Shown here: piece after piece, positions 63,388 to 64,000 of the stretch
How the letters are laid out: each line of letters opens with the position of its first letter
How positions within the stretch are numbered: position 1 is the first letter of the stretch
Assembly: GCF_006345805.1 (NCBI RefSeq)
Contig: NC_042997.1
Span: 101,370,001 to 101,434,000, forward strand
Origin: Octopus sinensis
Taxonomy: Eukaryota
Direction of reading: 5' to 3'
DNA: 64,000 nt
Made by a program: the position numbers and the translations under genes
Notes under the pieces: generated by a model
The model's input: the letters and a program-made list of their open reading frames with translations, nothing else
What the model was told of the DNA's origin: nothing
Databases searched by the model: none

Positions 63388-64000
63388 ACTCAGTACATTC
63401 ACTGGGGGGATGTAAAAAAGTGGACTAAGATAGATTCTTCATTCAGATTTCGAGAACTTTGCGGTTCAGAGTTCATGCGGTTCCAAATAACTCTATTTCC
63501 TCCTAGATGTTCTATCTTTGTTCCTATCTTTTTCAATCCAGTTTTGGGGTTTCGTATTGTTCCCCAGGCTCCAGCAACAACAACAACAGGTACAACCCTT
63601 ACCTTCTTCAATGGCCACAGTTTTTCTTTTTTCTTTCTTCCACTTCAAATAATCGCATTTGATCTTCTCTTTCTGATACTTTGTCATCATCAGAACATTA
63701 ATATCTATGATTAAACAGGGATTTTTTCTCTCTTTATCCACAGTCGATAAATCCGGTTTTCGATGTTCAATTTCATGATCACATTGGATCGCTACATCAG
63801 ATAGTATCGTCTCCATCTTATTTTCGATTACTCCTGCTAGGAATTGCCCAGACAATGTCTTTGCTCTGTCCAATCCACTACATCGGATAGTATCGTTCCC
63901 TTCTTATTTTCGATTGCTCTTGCTGAGAATTGCCCATACCACGTCTTTGCTCTGTCCAATCCATACTTGCCACACATTTTCCAATGAATAATTCTTGCGA
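63388..64000 (-). mobile_element. R4/Dong-like element 3' end (RLE domain), runs off the window
   Basis: IQCDHEIEHRKPDL..VDK..CLIIDI, VVPVVV..GAWGTI; ends in (TAA)n. Confidence 0.8.

Overview
AT-rich, microsatellite-dense eukaryotic DNA made almost entirely of decayed transposable elements. I could not support any host protein-coding exon, tRNA/rRNA gene or CRISPR array. The repeat families and the (TA)n/(TACA)n/(GATA)n load suggest an octopod cephalopod (inference, not checked by search). Retroelements include four tRNA-headed SINE families (labelled A-D here) and LINE remnants of RTE, CR1-group, Tx1/L1-like and R4/Dong-like (RLE) types. DNA elements include mariner DD34D, maT-like DD37D, hATm-like, hAT MITEs and non-autonomous Helitrons. 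Many Penelope-like (PLE) pieces sit in (TA)n tracts. The most striking signal is about ten recognisable, and several degenerate, minimal type-I hammerhead ribozymes with palindromic helix III, often in inverted pairs. Three related oddities stand out: an element that joins a Pol III tRNA-like head to a hammerhead (candidate PLE-mobilised ribozyme SINE), a fold-back double hammerhead, and hammerhead-shaped junctions with non-canonical cores. Three SINE/non-autonomous element to LINE 3'-tail partnerships can be read directly within the window. Family names come from motif recognition and need Dfam/Repbase/Rfam confirmation.
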